Both the position numbers and the translations under genes were made by a program. The notes under the pieces were generated by a model. It was not told the origin of the DNA. It did not search any database and saw only the letters and a list, made by a program, of their open reading frames with translations. From Octopus sinensis (taxonomy: Eukaryota), in NCBI RefSeq assembly GCF_006345805.1, contig NW_021823852.1, positions 1 through 20,993 of the forward strand: DNA of 20,993 nt. Reading direction: 5' to 3'. Positions 1 to 9,319 of this stretch are shown in pieces. How positions within the stretch are numbered: position 1 is the stretch's first letter; every line of letters begins with the position of its first letter.

Positions 1-43
1 CAAGCTCACCAAGCGAAATATATGCATGGAAGTGTCTGATTCT

Positions 44-46
<3 letters not shown>

Positions 47-75
<29 letters not shown>

Positions 76-217
76 CATACATACATACACACATACATAC
101 ATACATACATACATACACACATACATACATACATACATACATACATACACGCGTGCACACGCACACACACAGAGAGACAAATATATGATATATTTATAAC
201 ACAAACACACACACACA
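47..217. repeat. (TACA)n / (CA)n microsatellite
   Basis: Tandem TACA units from 47 to ~148, followed by CA runs. Confidence 0.95.
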
Positions 218-235
218 TCTGATATATATATTGTG

Positions 236-495
236 TCTATCCTATCCTTTGACCGTGTGGTCATTTAGGTATTCATTGATGACATAGCACTAGATTTCAT
301 CATCTCTCGCTCTCTCTCTCTCGGTCTTTTGCCGCCCTCGTCGGCGAAATTGAAGTCTGTCCACCTTTCCTTTGCTCTTGTCCATCTTCTACTGTTCCTT
401 CCAGGCTGAAGTTTCTTGTGACACGGTCATACCATTTCAATATCCGTGTGGTCCAATAGTCTGGGTTATTCTCATTCTTACTTCGTTATTTGAGA
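236..495 (-). mobile_element. Degenerate 3' end of an RTE-clade LINE (ORF2 C-terminus)
   Basis: Minus-strand translation with frameshifts gives SNNEVRMRITQTIGPH / LKWYDRVTR / LEGTVEDGQEQRK / RWTD / RAAKDRER / MMKSS..P*PHGQR. This follows the typical molluscan RTE C-terminus (TNEEVR..I...IGPHEDLL..LKWYGHV.R..LQGTV.G.R..GRQRKRW.D..RA..DR..WR..V.KSS..PQRP..RDR). Confidence 0.75.
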
Positions 496-616
496 GTTTG
501 GAAAGTCACTCTTCAAAGTCACTAACAACAATTATTCTGATATATATATATATAAGTACATACATATACTCATACGTATATGTATATATGTGTGTGAGTA
601 TCTGTTTTTGTGTATA

Positions 617-1042
617 TTACAACACCGAACACTGCTTTATTGGCTATAGGAGATTCTCTTATATTTGTGCTTGGTGTATAAAAGCAGACATATAGATGGT
701 AGCAGACGAGAACCATCTAAAATGGGCGCCGGAACTCTTATATCGCTTGATTTCATTCTGCTGAAAATCATCATTGGGAACGTCCAGTCACCGCATGCCA
801 ATCAAATCTCGCTGCTACGATATATCGAATATCAGCATTTGTTGTAGTAGTAAAATTTGACCGGCGTTCGGTGACCGGACCCTTCTCAATGATGACTTTC
901 AGTAGAATGAAACCATGTGATATGGGAATTCCAGCGCCCATGTTGTAAGGTTGTCGTCTGCTACGATTTGCGCGTGCTTTTATGCAATAAGCGCTTATGA
1001 GAGGATCTTTCAAGGCAAATAAGGCTGTGTTCGTTGTTCTAA
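617..1042. mobile_element. Long imperfect inverted repeat (fold-back); probable MITE
   Basis: Arm 617-820 matches the reverse complement of 842-1042 at ~75% by manual alignment, around a ~21-nt loop. TA at 618-619 and 1040-1041 flanks the termini (TA-CAACACCGAAC ... GTTCGTTGTTC-TA). The palindrome is certain; the MITE call is inference. Confidence 0.8.
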
Positions 1043-1208
1043 CAGGACATCAGAGTTAAGTTGGATAGAAAGATTACTGTCGGTAGTAATACTGCTCCAG
1101 TCACTAATAATTAAGGTTCACTAGTGCATTTGTTTGTCTAAATGTGTTTGTGTTATATATTCATTATATATTCATGTTTGTATAATAAGAATCTATAAGT
1201 AATATTGA

Positions 1209-1218
1209 AAGAGAGAAA

Positions 1219-1252
<34 letters not shown>
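1209..1252. repeat. (GA)n/(GATA)n microsatellite
   Basis: Directly visible purine tandem repeat. Confidence 0.9.
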
Positions 1253-1253
<1 letters not shown>

Positions 1254-1390
1254 GGGCGGGGAGAAAATAAGAGAAAGGGGAGAGATATTGGATATTCTTT
1301 CTCTCTGTCGATATTACTTTTATACTCACACACACATACACGCCCGCGCGCGCGCACACACACATAAACATGTTATATATCATATGTATA

Positions 1391-1448
1391 TATAAAACTT
1401 AGATATGTTTCGACCAGAGATTGGTCCAGGCCATGTCTAACTTAATAG
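1391..1448. repeat. 58-bp dispersed repeat, inverted copy of 18913-18970
   Basis: TATAAAACTTAGATATGTTTCGACCAGAGATTGGTCCAGGCCATGTCTAACTTAATAG matches the reverse complement of 18913-18970 at 51/58 positions with no gaps. Confidence 0.85.
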
Positions 1449-1551
1449 CACCACCTGATTATATATATATATAGGTGTTCGTTCCATAATTTTTTTTATT
1501 TGCATTTCTTATAATTTTCAGCGCTCTGATTTTCCAGTTCCTTACTTGCGA

Positions 1552-1607
1552 TTTCTTTCTTTCTTTCTTTCTTTCTTTCTTTTCTTTTCTTTTTCTTTCT
1601 TTCTTTT
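1552..1607. repeat. (CTTT)n pyrimidine microsatellite
   Basis: Tandem TTTC units. Confidence 0.9.
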
Positions 1608-1677
1608 TGTGTGTACGCATGTGTGTGCGTATCTATCCATCTGTCAGTTTGTCTCTGTGTGCATACATAATCTGTTT

Positions 1678-2211
1678 GTGGCCCTCATGGCTTCTGATCT
1701 TAACCGATTGGAAGTGTTATCCTGTACATTGTTTTGTCTTGGAATAAAATGAAGGGCTACAGTAAATATTCTGCTCAAAACCACAGAATTGCTTGTCAAT
1801 TGTTTGACCTTAACCTGATGAGCATGTCTCTTAGTGGCTGACGGTATGTGCTTCTGTGATCACGAGCTGAAGTAGTGGGGGAGCATCATGGCCGTGTGTT
1901 GAGAGGGATTCTTTGGGGTTTGAAGAATTCACCTCTGGAAACATGGGTGTTTCGTTCAACATCCTTAGCCAACCCTTATTCAGGAACCTTTTGAGCGGGA
2001 TGGGTTACTCGACCAGAAGAAAATTCACACTGGGCCCCACCTGCAAGGTCATGTGCTGTTTATCTTGATATGAGATCGCCATGTCACGCACATATGGTTG
2101 TGATGCTTGTGCCTAGTGTACCCTTATCAGACAGGTAGTCATGATAGGTTATACTGGGCTCCATATATTTTACCCCAGTGTCACTTTGATGGCATGCACT
2201 GCTCTCTCACT
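1678..2211. mobile_element. ~530-bp non-coding interspersed element, copy 1, abutting (AAT)n
   Basis: About 90% identical by eye to 3822-4353 in direct orientation. Both copies end GGCATGCACTGCTCTCTCACT(C) followed by (AAT)n. Confidence 0.85.
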
Positions 2212-2247
2212 AATAATAATAATAATAACAACAACAACAACAACAAC

Positions 2248-2310
<63 letters not shown>
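2212..2310. repeat. (AAT)n/(AAC)n microsatellite
   Basis: Tandem trinucleotide array; source of the poly-N and poly-I ORFs. Confidence 0.95.
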
Positions 2311-2517
2311 TTCTGCTATATGCACAAGGCCAGAATATTTGGAGGAAGAGCTAGGCGATTAAATTGACCTCAGGGCTCGACTGGTACATATTTCATCTAC
2401 ACCAAAAAGATTAAATGCAAAGTTGACCCCTATAGAATTTAAACTCACAGTGAGAAGGTGGAAGAAATGTCGCTAAGCGTTTGATCCGGCGTGCTAAATG
2501 ATTTGCCAGCTCGCGGC
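2311..2517 (-). mobile_element. tRNA-derived SINE family A, diverged copy
   Basis: Collinear with the better preserved copy at 4431-4628 (GCACAAGGCC...CTGGTAC...AAAGTTGACC...AACTCA...GCTAAGC...GTGCTAA..GCCAGCTCGC). Confidence 0.75.
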
Positions 2518-2583
2518 ATTAGTGATGATGACGATGATGACAACGATGACGACGACAACGACAACAACAACAATAATAATAAT

Positions 2584-3692
2584 AGACAAGATTAAATGGC
2601 TGGAACATCATTAAAGTCATAAATACATGTGCTATGGCTATATTGAGACACTATGCTCCTTTCTGAAAAGGACAAAGGTTGAGCTACAGAACTTGGGTAA
2701 AAGAACTAGAAAACTGTTGACAACTGTTCACAATGTACAACACACGCCACCAGTAATACCGACCGACTCTACCTATCAAGGAAAGGTGGCAGTGAATTTC
2801 TAAATGTAGAAAACACTTTTAGTACTGCGATAATGGGTCTGAAAAATTATGTTGTGCAGAGTAAAGAAGAAATATTATCGGCAGGCAGAAAAAACCCCAA
2901 AAGTGACTGAAACAATGTGAGAATTCTAAACGAAAAGTAAGAACAACAGAACAAAGAAATGGAACTATAAAGCCAATTCATGCAACAAATTGAGAATGTC
3001 AGAAATAAAGATCGCTGGCGAATTATAGCTGCTTAGAAAGAATCCCTTAGAACAAACTTGACGAAAGCAAAGAAGGACAAAACCCAGCAAATGTAGAATA
3101 TTCAAGAAAGGAGAGGAATGCATCAGTCATCTTCTGAGTGAGTGAAATGCACTAACACAAGAGGAGCATAAATGTAGACATAAATGTGTAGACAAAAGAG
3201 TGCATGTGGGTGTCAACCGAGTGTCAAAAGAAAAGTGGTCTGAATAGGAACCAAAGACTGTGGTAGAAAATGAGAATCATAAGATCTTGTGGGATTTCTC
3301 CATAAAGATTAATCATTCTATTGAAGCAAAAAGACTGGATATGATTACAGAGAACAAAATAAACAAAACGGGCACGATCATAAATTCTGTAATTCCTTAC
3401 GAAAGCAGAAACGGTACCTCAAGAAATTGAAACAATTAAGAAATATCAGGGTGTAGCCAGAGAACTGAGGAAACTGTGGAAGACCAAGACAGCAATTATT
3501 CCTGTTGTAATTAGTGCACTTGACACAACACCCAAAATGCCCCATAAAAGACTGAAAGAAATAGGAACTGAAACTCACATTGTCGATCTGCAGAATCCCC
3601 AAAAGATTCTTGAGGTTTGATGACACTTGTCGTTACCAAACAACAAAATAAAATACCTTCTAACTAAATTACTAAATTAGCATGCACATGCG
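2584..3692 (+). mobile_element. 5'-truncated, degenerate R4/Dong-clade non-LTR retrotransposon (RT thumb, CCHC finger, restriction-like endonuclease)
   Basis: Plus-strand translation with stops and frameshifts: RLNGWNIIKVINTCAMAILRHYAP; TKVELQNLGKRTRKLLT; TDRLYLSRKGG; CRIFKKGEECISHLLSE* (decayed CCHC at ~3092); VVENENHKILWDFSIKINHSIEAKRLDMI (KILWDF..RPD motif); KKYQGVARELRKLWKTKTAIIPVVISALDTTPK. Ends in an (AAT)n tail. Confidence 0.9.
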
Positions 3693-3693
3693 A

Positions 3694-3777
<84 letters not shown>

Positions 3778-3789
3778 TACAACAACAAC

Positions 3790-3821
<32 letters not shown>
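3693..3821. repeat. (AAT)n microsatellite, tail/target of the Dong-like element
   Basis: About 40 AAT units with a short AAC interruption. Confidence 0.95.
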
Positions 3822-4353
3822 GTACCAGGCAGGGGCTCTAATGGCTTCTCATCTTAACTGATTGGAAGTGTTATCCAGTACATTGTATTAAAGATGGGCT
3901 ACAGCAAATATTCTGCTAAATACCACAGATTTGCTTGTCAGTTGTTTGACCTTAACCAGTTGAGCATGTCCCTTAGTGGCTGACGATATGTGCATCTCTG
4001 ATCACGAGCAGAAGTAGTGGGGGAGCATCATAGCCATGTGTTGAGAGGGATTCTTTGGGGTTTGAAGAATTCACCTCTGGAAACATGGGTGGTTCTTTCA
4101 ACATCCTTAAACAACCCTTATTCAGGGATCTTTCCAGTGGGATGGGTTACTCGACCTGAAGAAAATTCTAACTGGGCCCCACCTGCAAGGTTATGTGCTG
4201 TTTATCTTGATATGAGATAACCATGTCGTGCACATATGGTTGTGATGCATGTGCCTAGTGTACCCTTATCAGACGGGTAGTCATGATGGGTATACTGGGC
4301 TTCGTATATTTTACCCCAGTGTCACTTTGATGGCATGCACTGCTCTCTCACTC
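3822..4353. mobile_element. ~530-bp non-coding interspersed element, copy 2, flanked by (AAT)n on both sides
   Basis: Direct repeat of 1678-2211, with a ~12-bp deletion near 3888 relative to copy 1. Confidence 0.85.
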
Positions 4354-4397
<44 letters not shown>

Positions 4398-4430
4398 TGA
4401 TGATGATGATGATAATAAATAATAATGCCA

Positions 4431-4628
4431 TCTACTATAGGCACAAGGCCTGACATTTGGGAGAGAAGGATAATCGATTTCATCGATCCCAATGCGTAAC
4501 TGGTACTTAATTTATCAACCCCGAAAGGCAAAGTCGACCTCGGCGTAATTTGAACTCAGAACGTAGCGACGGGAAATACCGCTAATCATTTCATCCAGCG
4601 TGCTAACGATTCTGCCAGCTCGCCGCCC
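4431..4628 (-). mobile_element. tRNA-derived SINE family A, well preserved
   Basis: Minus strand starts GGCGGCGAGCTGGCAGAATCGTTAGCACG (A-box-like) and carries GAGTTCAAATT (B-box-like). The body reads GTCGACTTTGCCTTTCGGGGTTGATAAATTAAGTACCAG and ends in an (ATT/ATC)n tail at 4354-4426. Confidence 0.85.
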
Positions 4629-4631
4629 TTA

Positions 4632-4663
4632 TAATAATAATAGTAATGACGATGATGATGATG

Positions 4664-4732
<69 letters not shown>

Positions 4733-4765
4733 CCATCAATAATAATAATTATAATAATAATAATA
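4632..4765. repeat. (AAT)n/(GAT)n microsatellite
   Basis: Tandem trinucleotide array. Confidence 0.95.
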
Positions 4766-4999
4766 TTTTCTTTATTAACTATGAATGTCGAAGAGATACA
4801 GAAAAATAAAAAGTAACATTAGACAGTGGATTCACAAGGGTGTGGGGGTTAAGACGGAGAAGTTATATAAAGAAGTTGATAAGAATGAAGGACATTGTAC
4901 AATATGTCATTGGGTAAATTAAATATTTATAAAATACCAAAATTTATGTGGAAATTGCTGAAAATGTATGATAAAATACACAAGAATTAAAACAAAATA

Positions 5000-6241
5000 T
5001 TAGGTTACAAAGAAGGACCTGTTGCATTTAAGATGAGAAAGAAGTAATACTTGTCTGATCTGAATTGATATGTTTCATCAAAATGATATTTCTCTTCATT
5101 TTTGATAATATAATCCCATAGTTGGCAAAATTATTGATCCCTCAGTTGTACAATTCTTCAGGTATCGAAGCAAAGAGACGCTTAATATCATTTTAACCTC
5201 TTCACAATGAACAAACAGTTTTCCATCTAGATAATGTCGCAACAATCGGAAAAGATGATAGTTAGACAGAACAAAGTCAATGAAATATGGAGGGTAAGGC
5301 AAAAATTCTACATTTAGTGTCATAATCTTTTCCTGACTGACTTGGGCAATATGTGGTCTTGCATTATTGTGTAAGAGCAACACTCATTTAGGATTGACCG
5401 ATGATTGTTACTTTTCTCTATATTGTAGAACGCTTCCACTTGTCGACAGTGCTTCCCCTCATTAACTGTTTTACTTTGATTTATTACTTCACGATTTACA
5501 GCATCCTTCATATCCTACTAAAACACAGCATAATTATTTTAGATGTTGTCCTGTGTTGGGAATGACTTCTCCTTTTTCATTGGAGGCTGACTATTGCCTT
5601 TTTCATTGGATGTGATTATAGAAAACCCACGTTTCATCACTTGTGATGACTCTACCCCGGAAAAGTTTGTTAGCAAGTCTAGTTTTCAATGACGAGTAGA
5701 TGGTTACTCTTTAATTAAGTTGAGAAGCAGTCAGCTGATAAGAGACCCAGTGACCAAGTTTAGTCCCTTTTCCTAGTTCATGAAGGTGTTTTATGATCGA
5801 AGTGTGACTGTTTTGCTAATTCTCACGCAGTTTGTTTTGGATTTTCCGCAACTACAGCTTTCAGAAGCTCGACACTGGCAGAACTTTATCGTCCATATCA
5901 GGGGAAATCTGCAAAAGAAAAATGTCCCTAGTGAAACCACCGTTGGCATGTCTGGAAACTGAAAGCTTCATTTCCGTTGGCACAGCGAATATCTTTTGCT
6001 GCTTCCATTGCTAAAGAACCTTTTTCGAGTTCATACAGCATGATGTGTCTAATATGGATCTGATCTGAAATCATTTTAAAAGATAAAATTGATACGAAGC
6101 TAATCACTGTAGTTTAAAGTAACGTGCAAAGAAAGAAGATGCACCATTAAAATGTAAAAATCAATGTTGATTTTTCTGTATTGAAAGATACCTTCAAAGG
6201 GATCACGTCAAAAATGCAACACGGCTTTCTTTCACACCTAA
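5000..6241 (-). mobile_element. Full-length (1242 bp) inactive mariner transposon (Tc1/mariner, DD34D type)
   Basis: 30-bp TIRs TTAGGTTACAAAGAAGGACCTGTTGCATTT (5000-5029) and TTAGGTGTGAAAGAAAGCCGTGTTGCATTT (reverse complement of 6212-6241) match 24/30. TA target duplication at 4998-4999 and 6242-6243. Transposase pseudogene inside. Confidence 0.93.
5070..6074 (-). pseudogene. Mariner transposase pseudogene
   Basis: From the ATG at 6074: MISDQIHIRHIMLYELEKG; TCQRWF; LKAVVAENPKQTA*ELA; HLHELGKGTKLGHWVSYQLT (WVPHEL motif); VITSDETWVFY (first D); LLHNNARPH (HDNARPH, second D mutated to N); LPYPPYFIDFVLSNYHLF (HPPYSPDLAPSDYHLF, third D mutated to N). Multiple stops and frameshifts. Confidence 0.92.
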
Positions 6242-6250
6242 TATTTTCAT

Positions 6251-6412
6251 GTGTGTTTGTGAGGGTGTGTTGCTGTGCTTGTCCCTTTTTGGCTGACAAC
6301 TTAGCAGTTCGTTAAGAGATCAATAGAATAAGTACTAGACTTCAAACAAAAACGGGGTCAAATTGATCAACACTTTAAACTAGTCCTCCATTATGGCTGC
6401 TGTTCATAGATT
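6251..6412 (+). mobile_element. 3' half of SINE family B, diverged
   Basis: TTGTCCC..GACAAC-TTAGCAGTTCGTTAAGAGATCAATAGAATAAGTACTAG..GGGGTCAAATTG..CTCCATTATGGCTGC corresponds to the reverse complement of 19500-19700. Confidence 0.6.
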
Positions 6413-6548
6413 ATATTCATGTATTTTGTAGTATGCCACTGTGTACCCTACTACCTATACACCATACATGTATGCACAAACACATATATACGCTTTCAGA
6501 CGCTCTAGTAACCTCAAATTCTCTTCTATCCTTTTGCCTGTCTTTTTG

Positions 6549-6632
6549 CGCACGCACACACACACACACACAAACACAAACACACACACAAACACACACA
6601 CACACATACACACAGACACACATACACACACA
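6549..6632. repeat. (CA)n microsatellite followed by a pyrimidine-rich low-complexity tract to ~6925
   Basis: Directly visible. Confidence 0.9.
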
Positions 6633-7447
6633 CGTTCCCTACAAACTCATGCTCCCTGCACAGCCATCGTCCCACACACGCACTTTTACACATGCTCACA
6701 GTCACACATTAATACGCATGATGATTTCCCCCCCTCTCTTGTGTCTCTCCTTCTTCCTCTATTTCTCTTCAACTCTCACTCCCTTCATTCTCACTCCGTT
6801 CTTTTACTTTCATAAACTCACTGCTTTTTTAAAACTTGGGTAGTCTTTCTTTTTCTCTTTTCCTTCTCACTTCCACTCTTACCTTCCCTTTCTCCCATTC
6901 GCTTTGCTTCTCATTTTCTTTTTGTATAGAGGTTCTAACACACACACACACATAAGCAAGATTCAGTTGAATTAGGTACTTAAATTGAGGCACCTCGTTA
7001 GGTCGGAACAATATACAGACACCACAACATTGTGTAAATATCGAACTTGTTACATAAGTACTGGCCGAATGATGTGCATGCAGTGTATGGAAACAATTAG
7101 ACCCAGCTGAGTGAAGAGACCCGCTCTTGACCTGTTCAAACGTGTACATTATATTAAATACACAGTTCATAATATTTACGAAGGGTAGATTTTGAGACAG
7201 GTGAATAAAACATAAATGAAACACAGTAGGGGTACAAATGACAATCCATTACGGCCGTTTCTAATGAGTCCTTTAATTGATTAATGAAGACATTACATCA
7301 TCATAAAGAAACCCTTTCTGTCAGAGGAATTCATGAACTTCAAAATAAAGGACAATTCAAAATGATTTAACATTGTTTAAAATCCATGGAGAAAAAATTT
7401 ATAGTGATTCAGCCACTATTTCAGTTTCAGGATTCTGTCAACCAACC

Positions 7448-7488
7448 ATACATACATACATACATACATACATACATACATACATACA

Positions 7489-7522
<34 letters not shown>

Positions 7523-7535
7523 CATACATATATAT
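7448..7535. repeat. (TACA)n microsatellite
   Basis: Directly visible. Confidence 0.95.
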
Positions 7536-8398
7536 AGACCTTCCATCTATAAATGTTCTAATATCTACACAGCCTTGGTTTTTTTATCTTATTACGCAAA
7601 GAATTCTTATACATACATATATACATACATGGATTCATATATAAACACATACAAACAGGGATACATATATAAACGCATACATACACACGTGTATCAACGA
7701 CCACGAAGTCGTGGATTTTGTTCTTTGATTAGACACTATGTCCTTCAGCAAGCACTTCGTTTCACATTCTTCTGGACATCTTATAACATTTGGTCATAAG
7801 AAATTCTTTCTTTTTATTAACGCTTTATAACTTTTCTCAAATTCTATTATTCATAATTTCGTTCCTTCATTTCGAATTTTTGTATCCTGAATAAAATCGC
7901 CAAATGTGCATCGAAATTCGTTATTGTTCTTAAAATAATAGTTTTGTTGAATAATTTCTTCGTCTTTAGCATGTATAGGCATTTTGGCTCTACCTGTTGA
8001 GTGGTAAGAACTCCACGTTCGATGACAAAAGGTAAAAAAAAAAAAAAAGAAAAAGCTTAACTTTTCTATTAGAAATAAAAGGTTTACTTACTTCGAATAC
8101 AGTTTGATGAATCTATGCATCTTTATGTATACAAGTATAGGTACATGTATGTATGACGTAATTACATATGTGTATGTAAGAGTGTGCGTACATATGTAGA
8201 TGGGCATGCGTATATGCAAGTATATATGTATTTATACGAATACAAACGTTCATACATATAACAGTATACATACATTCATGCATATACATTCATGGATACA
8301 TACATTCATGCATAGATACATACCTGCCTGCATATAAATATTAACTCACACATGTATAGATATATATGTACGTATGTATGTACGTATGTATCTATCTA

Positions 8399-8786
8399 CT
8401 AGCAGTATCGCCCGGCGTTGCCCGGGTTTGTTTCGACCCTTTAGAATTGAATTTTTGAAAAGTAAAAATTTTGCATTATGTAGCTTGTTATTCTCTTTAA
8501 GTGAACATTTTTCTGGTTGAAATACACGGAAAAATGGCGACACAGTAGTAAAAAAATCGTACAAAATAGGGATTTTCATAGAAAAAAAGCACCTTTTTGA
8601 TGTAAATAATTTTTGGTGTTAACATGGTCCGATTTGAATTTTTTCTTCTACGGAGGGAAGAGCAAGCCTTCTATCATACTCTCAATTTTGATCAACTTGA
8701 GCCGCAGGGTCTCGTAGGAGATAGTGTTAGTTAAAGGCTATCAAACCTGCCATACATAGACAACTTCAGCTTTATATATATAGAGA
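8399..8786 (-). mobile_element. Complete non-autonomous Helitron (388 bp)
   Basis: Minus strand begins A|TCTCTATATATATAAAGCTGAAG (5' TC) and ends CCCGGGCAACGCCGGGCGATACTGCTAG|T. That gives a GC-rich subterminal hairpin (8411-8426), a CTAG 3' end, and insertion between A and T with no TSD, all canonical Helitron hallmarks. Confidence 0.9.
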
Positions 8787-9319
8787 TGTGTGTGTGTATG
8801 TTCTGATGTATGTATGCATGCTTGTACATATATATTTACATTTATATACAAAAAATAGTTTGTAAAGTATTTCATAAGCAAAACTGAAAATATTTTGTAC
8901 GTTACGTATGTATATAAGTATACGCAAATATACATACATACTCAAATATTTATAGAGATCAACTTTTGACACCAAAAAGGGTTTGTATATAATATGTAAG
9001 CAGAAATAGGTAAAGGAACGAAGTAGTTACAGCGTATATCAAAGAAAATAAGTAAAAAGTTTGTAAAAATACCCTTTTAGTACTCTACTACAGGAATATA
9101 ATTCAAGGATTTTTAAACACACGCTAAAATAGACACGTATGAACTTTTACAATAATTTCAGTTTACAAACGGACACGCATGCACACACATACATGTGCAT
9201 ACATTATGCCCTCCATATATCTGTCTCTGTATGTGTGTGTGTGTGTGTGCATATATATATATATATATGTATGTGAATATTCACACGCATACACACACAC
9301 GCACACATATATGTTGTTG

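Noticed and set aside
665-1013. Two convergent short ORFs with similar peptides (MGAGTLISLDFILLKIII / MGAGIPISHGFILLKVII), suggesting a paralogous or toxin-antisense pair
   Set aside because: The similarity follows directly from the DNA palindrome. The starts are non-ATG and there is no other coding evidence.
1678-4628. Simple tandem segmental duplication of [530-bp element + (AAT)n + SINE]
   Set aside because: The SINE halves are far more diverged from each other than the 530-bp halves, and the outer flanks are not shared.
7690-8030. Minus-strand A-rich stretch reading MPIHAKDEEIIQQNYYF..., possibly a LINE endonuclease remnant or an exon
   Set aside because: Only a vague motif resemblance, with stops in all frames and no clear splice signals.
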